Part shown: one piece after another, positions 62,546 through 64,000 of the stretch | Numbering within the stretch: the first letter of the stretch is position 1 | Layout: each line of letters begins with the position of its first letter | DNA from: Octopus bimaculoides | Taxonomy: Eukaryota | Length of the DNA: 64,000 nucleotides | Assembly: GCF_001194135.2 (NCBI RefSeq) | Contig: NC_068990.1 | Span: forward strand, 77,823,596-77,887,595 | Reading direction: 5' to 3' | The notes under the pieces: generated by a model | The model's input: the letters and a program-made list of their open reading frames with translations, nothing else | Told to the model about the DNA's origin: nothing | The model's database searches: none | Position numbers and translations under genes: made by a program

Positions 62546-63060
62546 CAGAGAGATTTGATGAAAGTATTTGACAATCTGTTTTTTTTTTTTTTATCATATG
62601 ATTGCTGAAAGACTACTTCATCTTCCTTCTTTTCTTTGTCATCTTTTTGCTGTTGTTGTTGTCGTTGCTATATTGTTGTTGTGTTGTTGTTGTTGTTGTT
62701 CTTCTTCATCTTCTTTTTCTTCCTCCTCCTCCTCATCAAATACTTTCCTTCTCTCTCTTCTCCATGTTTATTGCCTACATCTTCTCCAGTCCCTAAAAAT
62801 AAAATAACAAAAATACAATAATACGCTACAAAAACAAACAGTAAAAAAGTAAAAAATAAAAACTACAACTATTGTAAAAAAAAAAAGAAAAAAAAAAGAA
62901 AGTAAACCATTCATCTGATGGATGATTCAGTACCAAGTGAAGCATATCACACAAACAGGTGCCTCCCTGTAAACTCCCTCTAGCATAAACAAATGCAGTA
63001 CAGAGATTTCCAGATGTTTTCCTTCCACTCACACTCCTTGTTGATTTATTATCATTATTA

Positions 63061-63705
63061 GGCAGCGAGCTGGCGGAATTGTTAGAACGCTGTAGTAAAT
63101 GCTTAGCTGTATTTTACCCATTGCTACATTCTGAGTTCAAATCCCATCAAGGTTAACTTAGTCTTTTATCCTTTCAAGGTCGATAAATTAAGTACCAGCG
63201 AAACACTAGGGTCGATGTAACCGATTTGTTCCCTCCCCACAAATTTCAGGCCTTGTATTTATAGTAGAAAGGATCATTCTTTTCTACTCTAGGAACAAGG
63301 CCAGAAATTTTGGGGGAGGAGGGGGGGGCATTCAATTAGATTGACACCAGTACACAATTGGCACTTAATTTATCAACCGCAAAAGGATGAAAGGCAAAGC
63401 AGACCTTGGCAGAATTGAACTCAGAACGTAAAGACAGATAAAATACTGCTAAGCATTTTGCCCGGTGTGCTAACATTTCTGCCTTTAGGCTGTGAGCTGG
63501 CAGAATTGTTAGCACACCGGACGAAATGCTTTGCGGTATTTGACCCATCGCTACACACTGAGTATAAATTCCGCCGAGGTTGACTTTGCCTTTCATCCTT
63601 TCGAGGTCAATTAAATAAGTACCAGTTGAATACGGGGTTGATGTGATTCACTCTCCCCATCCCCTTTCTAATAAAGGCTTTGTGCCTTTATTAGAAAGGA
63701 TTATT
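63061..63705. mobile_element. Three adjacent SINE family B copies in +/-/+ orientation
   Basis: About 63061-63275 (+), 63275-63482 (-), 63487-63705 (+). Confidence 0.88.
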
Positions 63706-63717
63706 ATTATTATTATA

Positions 63718-63905
63718 GGCACAGGAGTGGCTGTGTGGTAAGTAGCTTGCTTACCAACCATATGGTTCCAGGTTCATTCCCACTGCGTAGCACCTTGGGC
63801 AAGTGTCTTCTATTATAGCCTCGGGCCGACCAAAGCCTTGTGAGTGGATTTGGTAGACAGAAACTGTAAGAAGCCCGTCGTATATATGTGTATATATATG
63901 TGTGT

Positions 63906-63943
<38 letters not shown>

Positions 63944-64000
63944 TTGTGTGTCTGTGTTTGTCCCCTCCAACATCGCTTGACAACCGATAGTGGTGTGTTT
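63718..64000 (+). mobile_element. Young SINE family A, runs off the window
   Basis: ggcacaggagtggctgtgtggtaagtagcttgc...gcctcgggccgaccaaagccttgtgagtgg. Confidence 0.92.

Larger units (their letters stand above)
1..64000. other. Draft-assembly scaffold with about 26 N-gaps (~12.7 kb, ~20%), most flanked by (TA)n/(CA)n/(GATA)n microsatellites
   Basis: N-runs counted from the sequence, e.g. 3000-3936, 9403-10380, 11289-12194; flanks are mostly simple repeats. Confidence 0.95.

Overview
This is AT-rich, repeat-dominated eukaryotic genomic DNA from a draft assembly, with about 26 N-gaps totalling roughly 12.7 kb (about 20%), mostly abutting microsatellites. The tRNA-derived SINE families and extreme microsatellite density point to an octopus (inference). 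No intact, recognisable protein-coding gene, tRNA, rRNA or CRISPR array is supported; almost all long ORFs in the track are artefacts of N-runs or simple repeats. The window holds four SINE families (labelled A-D here, my own labels), hAT MITEs with intact 8-bp nnnTAnnn target-site duplications, Tc1/mariner (maT-like) relics, and RTE and R4/Dong LINE 3' fragments. It also has a decayed ~207-codon ORF of unknown origin (19.7-20.3 kb), a few candidate exons, and a fall in CpG retention at about 27-28 kb. The strongest unusual signal is a set of hammerhead-ribozyme motifs in unrelated sequence contexts. Two have a complete catalytic core (11061-11134 +, 14118-14176 -) and two are variant or degenerate (6397-6430 +, 2397-2458 -). 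All have short (near-)palindromic helix III as in Penelope-like element hammerheads. One sits in an inverted-repeat element whose left arm is antisense to the ribozyme's 3' half, and a neighbouring ~90-nt hairpin looks like a hammerhead whose CUGANGA strand was replaced by its antisense copy. Activity is untested.
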